Shown here piece after piece: positions 11,293 to 23,024 of a DNA stretch of 30,741 nucleotides; the stretch's first letter is position 1; every line of letters starts with the position of its first letter. The stretch comes from Octopus sinensis (lineage: Eukaryota), in assembly GCF_006345805.1 (NCBI RefSeq), contig NW_021832516.1, positions 1-30,741 on the forward strand, read 5' to 3'. The notes under the pieces were generated by a model. It saw only the letters and a program-made list of their open reading frames with translations. It was not told the origin of the DNA and made no database searches. The position numbers and the translations under genes were made by a program.

Positions 11293-11342
11293 TTTGTCAG
11301 TGAACAGGTCGCGGATTTTAGCGACGAAAATATTTTGACAAA
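11293..11342 (+). ncRNA. Minimal type-I hammerhead motif, G3:C8 core variant
   Basis: UUUGUCA-GUGAACA-G-GUCGC-loop-GCGAC-GAAA-AUAUUU-UGACAAA: 7-bp helix I, 5-bp helix II, palindromic AAAAUAUUUU helix III. Confidence 0.55.
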
Positions 11343-11585
11343 TTAAACTTAAATGTTGAAGTGAATCGAACGGCTTTTGTGTGTTTCTTAAATGGCTTAT
11401 AAACACCTTCCACGCTGCAATTGTTTTCGTTTCAGCACACGATCTCAGATCAAATTACTTGCTATGCGAGTACATCTCCGTAATGTATATATATGTATAT
11501 ATATATGTATATATGTACATATATGTATATATATATCTATATATATGTATATATATATATATGTGTGTGTGTTTGTGTGTATGTA

Positions 11586-11946
11586 TACTCTTTACTCTTT
11601 TACTTGTTTCAGTCATTTTGACTGTGGCCATGCTGGAGCACCGCCTTTAGTGGAGCAAATCAACCCCAGGACTTATTCTTTGTAAGCCTAGTACTTATTC
11701 TATCGGTCTCTTTTGCCGAACCGCTAAGTTACGGGGGACGCAAACACACCACCATCGGTTGTCAATCGATGTTGGGGGACAAACACAGACACACAAACGC
11801 ACACATATATATATACACATATATACGACAGGCTTCTTTCCGTTTCCGTCTACCAAATCCACTCACAAGGTGCCACGCAGTGGGACTGAACCTAGAACCA
11901 TGTGGTTGCTAAGCAAGCTACATAACCACACAGCCACTCCTTGCCC
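11586..11946 (-). mobile_element. SINE family A with internal deletion
   Basis: Closely matches 361-775; lacks the GGCTTTGGTCGGCCCGAGG segment. Confidence 0.85.
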
Positions 11947-11949
11947 CCT

Positions 11950-12300
11950 CGTTATCGAGTATGGCCATTGCACGAAGCTTAACTGTTACTGGTGCTGTGA
12001 CCGAATGTGACTTTTTAGCCCAGCCAAAGATCTACAATGTCTTGTACAGAATTGGCAACTAAAACCTTTACTGGTAATAGCCGGCTGTAGTTGTAACTGG
12101 GCTTCATGTACCTTTGCATGTCGTTTAAGTCCTCCTCCCGAATTACACTCTCTTCCACATGCCCAACAGATATGATTAGAATGGTGTGTTACACCACCAC
12201 CAGTGGCCAGGTTGTCACTCATCTGTCTCGCTTTATGACTACGAAGATGGCTCTTGAGTCCAGCTTTACACACACAGTCACACATGTGCCACATATATTT
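11950..12300 (-). pseudogene. 3' end of an RTE-like LINE: three C2H2-type fingers plus a short 3' UTR
   Basis: ORF 12294-11986 has CWACGRECNSGGGLKRHAKVH and CQFCTRHCRSLAGLKSHIRSQH (CX2CX3CX5LX2HX3-4H, RTE-like spacing, no TGEKP linkers); first finger degenerate; CTCG-ATAA-CGAG hairpin after the stop. Confidence 0.55.
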
Positions 12301-12717
12301 TTTTACTGAGGTGGGGAGATATTAAAATGTCATACAATAAACATAAAAACAAAATAATTTCCTGTCTTTTGTCTTATCCTCAATCTTGCCAACTTTTTCT
12401 TTTCTGTTTCGTTTTTTAATTGCTGGGTCTGGAATGAGGGCTCGTGCCTATAGCCTTCGAACGCTCCCATAGACTGGTGAGCTTGATGTCGTTAACGTTC
12501 ATCTTGAAATTTGCTGAGTCAACAACGGCAGGGAAGACAGGAACAGAGAGGAGGGGGAAATTCCAGGGATGGGAAGAAAGGGTAGGGGCCGATAGAGTAA
12601 GGGTAGAAGAGGCAAAGAAGACAGCGATTTCCGGGGACCCGAGAAAAAATGGAGCTTTCTGTGATCGACTCTACAAGAATCAGTTGGGCATGCATTTAGT
12701 GGAGGAGTCAAAGATAT

Positions 12718-12748
<31 letters not shown>

Positions 12749-12749
12749 A

Positions 12750-13680
12750 TCCACTATATCTCCATATTCTAGGAAGGTTACAAACTTCTCCGGAGGAACG
12801 TGTAACAAATTTGTTCGAATAGTGCATTATCAAAACCATTTTTGCACCACAACCCCCATTCGTACAGCTCAATTATCAACAGAATTGCTGTCTCTAATGG
12901 GCCTTTGTTCTTGAACAAAGCCACCCACACAAAGGTCAATGGCAATCCTAGCCACTTGTGAATATAGGCGTTACATTTCCATTCAATTGTCACAACCTGT
13001 GTCCCTGCAGTTTCACATAACATCACTGGCCTCTGCAGTCTGGGGTTCAAAGCTAATTGCAAACACCAAAGTTTGAACTTACCTGGTGGTAATGTATTTC
13101 TTTTTCTTGATCATTGAGAGTCCCTTGTCAGCCCCATTTTCTTTATCCTCATCCCCTCACTTCTATCATTAAACATTCCATCATCCAGCCTGCCTGCCCA
13201 GGCCCTTCACACGATCCTCTGGTATTGTAGTCATGACTTCTCTTACGATCTCATACTTTACTTCTTTCTGTCCTCCCTTAACGAGTGTTACCCTGTGCGG
13301 CTCATCAGCCTCGCCCAGCCTGTACAAGATTCTCACCGTTCACTTCTGATCCCTATCTAACAATACTTTCTTAGGTGAGTGGCTCTTCATTTTATGGTCG
13401 TGAGCCATTATCCCTTATAGGATGAATTCCATTCCAAGAATGAACCATATGACTGAAATTGTACACCCAGCTACAATTTCTCATCTCAAGCTTTTGCCAA
13501 GTCTGTGTGTAATCCTTCGATGTAAATTGCGTGTAGAACCTGCTGCAGTAATCCATCATCAGCTTGCAGACTTCTGGTGGGATCCAGAACAGCTCCGTGG
13601 TATACTCAAGCAGTTTGTGTAACACTGACTCAAAAGTCTTTGACAAACCAAGCCACAACTTCTCAGCTCTATTCGACCAA
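12750..13680 (-). pseudogene. Decayed RT fragment of an R2-group (Hero/NeSL-like) non-LTR retrotransposon
   Basis: WLGLSKTFESVLHKLLEYTTELFWIPPEVCKLMMDY..FTSKDYTQTWQKLE (cf. WLDLANAYGSVPH) and KCNAYIHKWLGLP; frameshifted. Confidence 0.75.
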
Positions 13681-13882
13681 TTCTATTCTTCTAAGAACAC
13701 AAATAAAAGAATTCTTGAACTTTGTTTTGTCACTCAAAAGTCATCATCATCATCATTATCTCCAACATCGACATTATCATCATCCCTATCATGACCAACA
13801 TTATCACCATCACCATTATCACTGATATCAACATCAGCATTATCATCACAACTGCCATCATAATCTTCATCACCTCACCCTG

Positions 13883-13887
<5 letters not shown>

Positions 13888-13960
<73 letters not shown>
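13888..13960. repeat. (CTA)n microsatellite
   Basis: About 24 CTA units. Confidence 0.95.
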
Positions 13961-13961
<1 letters not shown>

Positions 13962-13979
13962 GTACACAAAATCTACCAA

Positions 13980-14467
13980 TACATTGTTTTGTCTTGGTAT
14001 AAAAGATGGGCTACAGCAAATATTCTGCTCAATAGCACAGATTTGCTTGTCAGTTGTTTGACCATAACCAGTTGAGCATGTCTCTTAGTGGTTGACGATA
14101 TGTGCATCTCTGATCATGAGCAGAAGTAGTGGGGGAGCATCATAACCATGTGTTGAAAAGAATTCTTCGGGGGTTGGATAATTCCCCTTTGGAAACATGG
14201 GTGTTTTGTTCGTCATCCTTAAACAACCCTTATACAGGCACCATTTGAGTGGGATGGGCTACTCGACCAGAAAAAAAAAATTAACTGGGCCCCCACCTGC
14301 AAGGTCATGCGCTGTTTATCTTGATATGAGATCACCATGTCGCACAGATATGGTTTTGATGCATGTACCTAGTGTACCCTTATCAGACGGGCAGTCATGA
14401 TAGGTATACTGGGCTTCGTATATTTTACCCCAGTATCAATTTGATGGCATGCACTGCTCTCTCACTC
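13980..14467 (+). repeat. Unclassified ~550-bp (TAA)n-flanked interspersed repeat, 5'-truncated
   Basis: High similarity to 15404-15938 and 29930-30487; ends CTCTCACTC then (AAT)n. Confidence 0.9.
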
Positions 14468-14543
<76 letters not shown>

Positions 14544-15098
14544 TACGAACATCATCCTGAGCCAGTCGTTGAAGGTAAAAATGTCACTATCCTCCGAGAT
14601 TTTCCTGTCAACACTGACAGAATGATCCAGGTTAATGGACCGGACATAATGATTAAACACAGTGAAGAAAAGACTTGTACACTAATAGATGTAAGTGTTC
14701 TCACTGATAAAAATATATGTGTAAAGGAATTTGACAAACTAAGTAAATATAAGGACCTGGAAATTGAAATACGAAAGATGTGGCATCTTAAAACGAAAAC
14801 TGTTCCTGATATTGTGGGTGCCCTAGGTATGATATAAAAGGGATTTCAGAAACAATTAGATAAGATCCTTGGATAACCAATGTATCAGAGAAATCCAAAA
14901 GATTGTGCTGACAGGTACTGCCCACATCCTCAGAAAGACCCTATCCATTTAAATGTCCGTGTTGTATTACATGAAGATATTTCCCTACCTCTCCTCCCCA
15001 AGCTTTCCGTCATATTGTAACATCTCTTATCCTTCACTCGCCCCAGGACGCTGGGTGTGATCGGCAAGTGACTGTAACAAAGATGCAGATAAAAAGTA
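14544..15098 (+). pseudogene. 3' end of an R4/Dong-like REL-endonuclease LINE
   Basis: YEHHPEPVVEGKNVTILRDFPVNTDRMIQVNGPDIMIK..LIDVSV..KLSKYKDLEIEIRKMWHLKTKTVPDIVGALG (PD..D REL motif); 3' UTR ends in (TAA)n. Confidence 0.85.
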
Positions 15099-15166
15099 AA
15101 TAATAATAATAATAATAATAATAATTAATGATTTCTTTATTAACCACAAGGGTTTACCTGACAGCA

Positions 15167-15376
15167 GGATGGGCTACTCAACCTGAATAAAATTCTGTGC
15201 CCCACCTACAAGGTCATGCGCTGTTTATCTTGATATGAGACCACTATGCCGCACACATATGGTTGTGATGCATGTACCTGGTGTATACTTATCGGGTGGG
15301 TAGTTATGATGGGTATATTGGGTTCGTATATTTGTACCCCAGTGTCACTTTAATGGCATACGTTGATCTCTTACTC
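15167..15376 (+). repeat. 3' part of the ~550-bp (TAA)n-flanked repeat
   Basis: GGATGGGCTACTC..CCCCACCTACAAGGTCATGCG..CCCCAGTGTCACTTT. Confidence 0.85.
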
Positions 15377-15403
15377 AATAATAATAATAATAATGATAAT
15401 GAT

Positions 15404-15938
15404 AAATGCCCTGATGCAGTACCAGGCAGTGGCTCTCATGGCTGCTGATCTTAACTGATTTGAAGTGTTATCATGTACATTGTTTTGTCTTGGTATAAAA
15501 GATGGGCTACAGCAAATATTTTGCTCAATACCACAGATTTGCATGTCAGTTGTTTGACCGTAACCAGTTGAGCATGTCCCTCAGTGGCTGACAATATGTG
15601 CATCTCTGGTCACGAGCAGAAGTAGCCATGTGTTGAGAGGAATTGCTTGGAGTTTAGATAATTCACCTTTGGAAACATGGGTGTTTTGTTCATCATCCTT
15701 AAACAACCCTTATTCAGGGACCTTTTGAGTGGGATGGGCTACTCGACCTGAAGAAAATTGTGTGCCCCACCTACAATGTCATGCGGTGTTTGCCTTGATA
15801 TGAGATCACTATGTCGTGCACATATGGTTGTGATGTATGTGCCTGGTGTACCCTTATCAGACGGGTAGTTATGATGGGTATACTGGGCTTCGTATATTTT
15901 ACCCCAGTGTCACTTTGATGGCATGCACTGGTCTCTCA
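15404..15938 (+). repeat. ~550-bp (TAA)n-flanked repeat, near full length
   Basis: Starts AAATGCCCTGATGCAGTACCAGGCAGTGGC; (TAA)n on both sides. Confidence 0.9.
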
Positions 15939-15941
15939 AGT

Positions 15942-16000
<59 letters not shown>

Positions 16001-16002
<2 letters not shown>

Positions 16003-16190
16003 TAATCCCCTTTTTACTATAGACACAAAGCCAGTGTTTGGCTGGCACTTATTTTATCGACCGCGGAAGAATGAAAAGCGAAATAGACCGTGGTGGAATT
16101 TGAACTCAGAACATAACGATGGGCGAAATACGATTAAGCATTTCGTCCAGCGTGCTATCGATTCCGCTAGCTCGCCGCATTAAATTAATA

Positions 16191-16273
<83 letters not shown>

Positions 16274-16452
16274 TAATCCCCTTTTTACTATAGACACAAA
16301 GCCAGTGTTTGGCTGGCACTTATTTTATCGACCGCGGAAGAATGAAAAGCGAAATAGACCGTGGTGGAATTTGAACTCAGAACATAACGATGGGCGAAAT
16401 ACGATTAAGCATTTCGTCCAGCGTGCTATCGATTCCGCTAGCTCGCCGCATT
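16001..16452 (-). mobile_element. Two apparently identical tandem SINE family B copies (period 271 bp)
   Basis: 16001-16186 equals 16272-16457 by eye, separated by (TAA)n. Confidence 0.9.
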
Positions 16453-16454
16453 AA

Positions 16455-16458
<4 letters not shown>

Positions 16459-16522
<64 letters not shown>

Positions 16523-16746
16523 TACCACCACCACCACCACTACTACAACTACTACTGCATACTGCTACATGTTTGGTTATCTCCTCCAACAACTGGCATT
16601 GCCCTTGTTGCTGCAACCACCACAACCACCACCACCACCACCACCACCACCACCACCCCACCACTACGGTCATTATATCATCATCATACCTATTATAACA
16701 TTACAGTATTACTACCGCCACCACCGCCATAACTACCACCACCGCC

Positions 16747-16786
<40 letters not shown>

Positions 16787-16950
16787 CAACCACCACCATC
16801 ATCATCTTCATCATCATCATAAACAACAATGCTAACACTTCAACTACTATAATAGTCCATTACTACTACTACTACTATTACTACTACTACTACTACAACG
16901 GTTGCTACAACCGCCGCTGCTGCTGCTACTGCTGCTGCTGCTGCTGCATC
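16459..16950. repeat. Compound trinucleotide mosaic (TAA, CCA, CTA, CAA, CAT, CTG)
   Basis: Consecutive runs of different triplets. Confidence 0.9.
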
Positions 16951-17031
16951 TCTCAATGCCATTACAGTTTTACGGCCACCATAATGTTACGGATAAATTT
17001 ACAATCAGCCGATGAAAAACGGTGAGTGACG

Positions 17032-17063
<32 letters not shown>

Positions 17064-17173
17064 TTCACACACACACACACACGCATTCATACATATATAC
17101 ATACACACACATTCTTGTACACATGCATGCGTGTTTATACATATACCTGTATATTCTTGTGTGCATATATATA

Positions 17174-17209
<36 letters not shown>

Positions 17210-17401
17210 TGTGTGTGTGTATGTGTGTGTGTTTATATGAATGTATACATACATATACGCATATATATGTGTGATATATGTGTGTGTGTCAAGGATATAC
17301 ATACGTACACACATACATACACTCACGCATACACACACATATACATACATATATATAAACACGCATACACACACACACGTATATATACATACACATACAC
17401 A

Positions 17402-17444
<43 letters not shown>

Positions 17445-18145
17445 CACAAGCACACACACACACGTGTATATACATACACACACGTACACTCATACATATA
17501 CACATAAACATATACATACATATATAAAAGAAAATCCCCTTTCTTTAAGTATTACGAAGCTACTCGCCATTGCCGCTAGGTTTATGTTTTCTTTTCCCAG
17601 TTGAAGAGTAAATCCCAAATAATTACAGGTATTTGCCTACGTCAACCAATACATCGCCATCTACCTGTATCACACACACGCGATATTTTATAACTTTCAC
17701 CCTGAATAGAATTTCAACGTTCAAACGGGTGGAACGGAATGTTGAAGCTGGTGTGGTGGTGGTGGTGGTGGTGGTGGCAATAATGTGGTTGGTAGTATAG
17801 GAGGGGGGTGATTGTAGAACTATTATCAGGGGTTGTGATGGTGGCGGCGGCGGCGGAGGTGGTGCTGGTGATGTTGATGGTAGTGCTGCCAACAAAATGG
17901 TGGCGTGCTGATATCGGTGGTGACGGTTGTACTAGTAGCAGCAGCAGCGTTAATTTTGTTTAACCCCAGGCCAACAGTAATTGGTGGACTCAGGAACGGG
18001 AGATGGACTCCGGCCGTGACCACACTTGTCTTTTTATAGGTCCACGTTGCTATTTCTAGCAATTCCATATACCACAAAGAAATTTCGTCTTCTGCTCACG
18101 TGGTGTCAATTCTGTCGTTATTTTGTATAGATGCGCATATATATA

Positions 18146-18198
<53 letters not shown>

Positions 18199-18560
18199 AT
18201 ATATGTGTGTATATATGTATAAATGTGCGCGAGTGTGTAATGTGTGTGAGAGAACTTGGAGAATGAAGGAAATTGTATTAATTTTATGGAGGGGTGGTTA
18301 GAGGAACCGTTCGATGAATGCATATGCGTTTGTGACCATAGAGACATGTATGTATGTATGTATGTATGTATGTATGTATGTATGTATGTATGTGTGTGTG
18401 TGTATAACGATATCTGTCTATCTGTCTATATATATATATGAATATATATATAAGGGCATAAAATGTGAAACAAGGTAGGAGAACATAGTACTCGAATACC
18501 AGAGGTAGAGTAATATGCTTTATTACTAAAGCTTTAAAAACATTACAAAAATATCACAAA

Positions 18561-18602
18561 AACTGCTACTCGGAGTTTCCCGTTCCCGTTCATCAAGCAG
18601 TT
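18561..18602 (-). ncRNA. Compact type-I hammerhead-like motif (C3 to U)
   Basis: AACUGC-UUGAUGA-ACG-GGAA-CGG-GAAA-CU-CCG-AG-UA-GCAGUU: 6-bp helix I, GUA cleavage triplet, one mismatch in helix II. Confidence 0.55.
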
Positions 18603-18740
18603 ATGATCAAAAATGGAATAAAAACATCTATTCCTTTCTTGATTTGTGATATTTTCGTGATGTTTTTGCAGATTTAATAATAACAATAATAACAATATAT
18701 GAAAATATATATATATATACACATGTATATATATAGATAT

Positions 18741-18775
<35 letters not shown>

Positions 18776-18825
18776 GAACGTATATATATACATACATACA
18801 CACACATGTATATAGATACATACTT

Positions 18826-18896
<71 letters not shown>

Positions 18897-19402
18897 GCAT
18901 GCGTACCTCTAAATACATATCTCTTTCATGATCATAAACTGTAAAAGAGCCTTAATTGGAATACATAATTACATAAATTATGCGAGGAAATGCACACAAA
19001 ATGCGTGAGTTCGTGTGTGAATGTGGAAGAGAGAAAGAGAGACAGACAGACACACAGACAGACGGATGGACGGACAGGTAGACCGACAGAATTCATTCAT
19101 ATTCACAAAAATTACAATTTTCAAAATTTTAAGTAGAAGGAAATGTTAATTATATGCTTGAAATTATTTCGTGATAACAATAAAGAAATTCCTATATCGG
19201 TATGTATACGTATAAACACATACAAATACGTAATATATATATATATATATATACAAAAGCAATAAAGATTCAAGTTAATTTAAATGAATTTACTTGAATA
19301 TGGTACCTAACTTAGATGCACCAAAAAGAAACTATACTGTTTTAACAATACAGTAATGTGGGGTGATTATAAGCGAGAAAGAAGCAACAAGAATGGATAG
19401 GT

Positions 19403-19493
19403 TTTTAGTACAATCGTTTCATACAAGGACAGGCTTTATTAAAAGTTGCAAAAATTACAGCATATAAACGTGTCCCGTACTCATCAGCTAAAA
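19403..19493 (-). ncRNA. Type-I hammerhead ribozyme motif with canonical core
   Basis: UUUUAG-CUGAUGA-GUACGGGACA..UGUCCUUGUAU-GAAAC-GAUU-GUA-CUAAAA: perfect 6-bp helix I, ~10-bp helix II, GUA cleavage site. Confidence 0.75.
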
Positions 19494-19680
19494 TACATGT
19501 GAGTTCTCTAGACATCCTAGTGGTTGAGGCTATACTCATGAAGTGATGTAGATAATTAAGTAACATAAACAGATTTCCAAACTTTAATGAACTTTGGAAA
19601 TCTGTTTATGTTACTTAATTATCTACATCACTTCATGAGTATAGCCTCAACCACTAGGATGTCTAGAGAACTCACATGTA

Positions 19681-19772
19681 TTTTAGCTGATGAGTACGGG
19701 ACACGTTATATGCTGTAATTTTTGCAACTTTTAATAAAGCCTGTCCTTGTATGAAACGATTGTACTACAAAA
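19681..19772 (+). ncRNA. Type-I hammerhead ribozyme motif with canonical core (second arm)
   Basis: Same as the minus copy with one extra C in helix I; predicted cleavage after A19764. Confidence 0.7.
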
Positions 19773-19890
19773 CCTATCCATTCTTGTTGCTTCTTTCTCG
19801 CGTATATATATATATTATATACAAATACGTACATATATATGTATGTACATATATACATTATATAAGTATATATGTGTATATACATACATA

Positions 19891-19932
<42 letters not shown>

Positions 19933-19935
19933 ATA

Positions 19936-20005
<70 letters not shown>

Positions 20006-20556
20006 TATGTAATATATATCATATATGTATATATATCATATATGAATGTAATATGTGCATAAATATACGTATATGTATGTATGCATATGAAAAATAATGA
20101 GAAATGGATGAAAATGCATTTAATTTTATGTATATACAAATGTAATTCAATAAGACTAACTATTTTTTACGGAAGGGAACATTTTTCATATTATAGTAAT
20201 AGCAAAGAAAAAAAACGAAAAATTTTAACTGAACCGATGCATTCGTTGAACGGATTTATTTTTTTTTTAAATAACCAAAAAATATCAATGTAGGTGTTCT
20301 GAAGGTGAGTCTTACATACAGAACACAGAGGGAAGAGAGGGAAACGATCACATGTTAGTTGGTGGCTTTCACATGAAAAAATATTCAAGAAATAGATTGT
20401 AATGTATGTCGTCTGTATATGGATATACAAACATACATACATATATATATATATATACATACATATATATATAATATAATATATAGCAATAATGATAACA
20501 TAATCGAATATTAAATGATATATATGCATACATAAATATGTGTGTGTTTGTATTAT

Positions 20557-20770
20557 TGTTAAATTTTTTGGCGCAAGGCCAACAAATTTTGAAAGAAGGG
20601 ACCATTCGATTTCATTGATTCCAGTGGACAACAGGAATTTATTTCATCGACCCTGGAAAGATGAAAGGTAAAATCGACCTCGGTCGAATTTGAAATCAGA
20701 ACGTAAAGAACCGTAGGAAATGCCGCTAAACAATTTGTCCAGAGGGTCGACAATTCTCTCAGTTCGCTTT
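20557..20770 (-). mobile_element. SINE family B, diverged
   Basis: TTTGGCGCAAGGCC..TCATCGACCCTGGAAAGATGAAAGGTAAAATCGACCTCGG..ATTTGAAATCAGAACG. Confidence 0.75.
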
Positions 20771-20892
20771 ATGTATGTGTGTGGGTGTATAAAGTATATG
20801 CATATATGTACGTATATATGTATATATGCATGTATGTATGTTACATATATATGTATGCAGTATATACCTATATCTATATATCTATCAATCTA

Positions 20893-20928
<36 letters not shown>

Positions 20929-21076
20929 AGAGAGAGAGAGAGAGATTGATAGATAGATAATGTATATGTATATATATATATATATATACACATATGCACT
21001 ATCTATCTATCTATCTATCTCTCTCTCTATATATATATATATACACACACACACATTATCTATCTATCTCTATCTA

Positions 21077-21150
<74 letters not shown>

Positions 21151-21520
21151 GTACATACATACATAAGTGTATATTTATATGTATATATCATTGCTATATG
21201 TGTGTGCATACATATGTTTATGTCATTATTATTATTATCAGTACCATTATCATCATCATTATCATCGTTATTATTATTGTGGTCGAGTCCGTCTGCAGCT
21301 ACTCAGTTCACAACTGGTCCGAAGATCCTAGGCCCCCACAGGTGGAGCTGCAAGTGACTGACTCAACCAAAATAGAACATAATCTTCATCTCTACCACGG
21401 TTTTGAGGACTCTTTGTACCAACTATTAACACTAAATGATTATATATATATATAATGTAGGTGGCTCATTACCGAGTAAAACCTACAGGCGAATTTATAA
21501 ACAAAGGCACAAAATAGTAC

Positions 21521-21625
21521 CAGCATTGCTAGAAAGAAGAGTCGAAAACGACTAAATTAGCCACAAAGTTAATTGCTTTTTGTGGCTAATTGAGTCGCTT
21601 TTGACTCTTGTTACTAGCAATGCTG
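21521..21625. repeat. Diverged inverted repeat, 47-bp arms (42/47), 11-nt spacer
   Basis: 21521-21567 vs 21579-21625. Confidence 0.85.
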
Positions 21626-21640
21626 CTGCTAATTTGTACC

Positions 21641-21752
21641 TAGGTTCGAAACGTTAAAGACTTTTTCACTTCCCGAGCGTTATACTAATACATCTGTTTG
21701 TTGTCTACACCACCTGTCTTCGTCTTTTGTTTTTTGTTTCTTTGTGAATTCT

Positions 21753-21757
<5 letters not shown>
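21641..21757 (+). repeat. pLTR-like 3' fragment (family of 10.1 kb)
   Basis: TAGGTTCGAAACGTTAAAGACTTTTTC..GAGCGTTATACTAATACATCTGTTTG..TTCTCCC then (TA)n. Confidence 0.7.
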
Positions 21758-21804
<47 letters not shown>

Positions 21805-21862
21805 TATACATGTATACATATATATCGATACATATATTACATATACATATATATATCCACAC

Positions 21863-21910
<48 letters not shown>

Positions 21911-22195
21911 ACGTATATAGTATATATATACACATATATATATACGGCATATATATATATATGCATGTATATATATATTATACATGCATATATATACATA
22001 TATATAATATACATCACATATTATACATATATATATATACAATATATATACATATATATACATATATATATACATATATGCATATATATATACTATATAT
22101 ATACATACATATATATATACATACATATATATATACATAATACAATATATATATACATACATATATATATACATAATACATATATATATATATAT

Positions 22196-22230
<35 letters not shown>

Positions 22231-22285
22231 GTATATACATATATATATATATTATGTATATATATACATATATATATATAAAACC
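21755..22285. repeat. Large (TA)n/(TACA)n low-complexity block
   Basis: About 530 bp of degenerate TA repeat; similar blocks at 17040-17520, 19800-20090 and 24290-24800. Confidence 0.95.
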
Positions 22286-23024
22286 ACCTCATATCCTCCC
22301 CCACGCCACTAAAACTTTCAGGCACATGGAACCCACGTACGTTCTTCAGGCTGCAGGAATACCATCGGACTTCAAATACTGGACCGAATCTAAAAACGGG
22401 GCGAAAGAAACCCAATACTGGGACGGATTATGTGGAAGATAGCATTAGGCTGACTACGCAGAATGTAAATCTCGAGATGCGAAGATCGAATGGTGTAAAA
22501 TCGGATGGAAAAAATGTTTGGGAAATTTTTTTTTTTTTTCTTAAATAAACATTTTGATGAAAAAAGTTTATGAGAAGAAAGGAATGATAGAACAGATTGA
22601 AAAAATCGGGGTATGTACAAATAATATACAAAACGTATAAAATAAGGAGAACTGTTGTTTTTTTTAAATAGGGGCATGTACAAATATAATTTACAATATA
22701 CAAATATAAAGAAAATCTAAATAAAGAGAGAATATGAAAAATATATGCATATAATAATAATATTAAAATATATATCGAAATATAAAATATTTGAAATATA
22801 ATAAAATAAAAGGTAATAAAAATATGAATATGAGAAAAAACTACAAGTATATAAGTAAATCAATTGTTGACGAGTTCGTCAGGAAGAGTGATATCTTCCG
22901 ATTTTTTAAAAGAAATTTTTGCATATGTTTACAACTACTAAAAATTTCGGATCGGGAGTTCAAGATCGAGTTTGGTATCTTTGATCTAAATAGGATATGT
23001 GGCCTTTCTGCCAAATACAGCCGG

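Larger units (their letters stand above)
11143..11425. repeat. Near-perfect palindrome, ~137-bp arms with an 8-nt spacer
   Basis: 11143-11279 is the reverse complement of 11288-11425 with one indel; the left arm recurs solo at 27668-27810. Confidence 0.95.
19373..19801. repeat. Near-perfect palindrome, 209-bp arms with an 11-nt spacer
   Basis: 19373-19581 is the reverse complement of 19593-19801 with two 1-nt indels; left arm continues uniquely to ~19255; both ends run into (TA)n. Confidence 0.95.

Noticed and set aside
11143-11425. Mirror ORFs 11017-11346 (+) and 11221-11406 (-) with matching peptides
   Set aside because: A consequence of the palindrome, not sense/antisense genes; the same applies to 22791-23162/22841-23146 and 26086-26527
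11986-12294. Member of the octopus C2H2 zinc-finger gene expansion
   Set aside because: No TGEKP-type linkers, Cys at the usual Phe position, damaged first finger and a LINE-like 3' end
13980-16500. CRISPR-like or satellite array
   Set aside because: Eukaryotic context; units are unequal transposon fragments separated by microsatellite
19255-19801. Classical tandem retrozyme producing circular RNA
   Set aside because: The two ribozymes are on opposite strands, so one transcript cannot be cut twice to release a monomer
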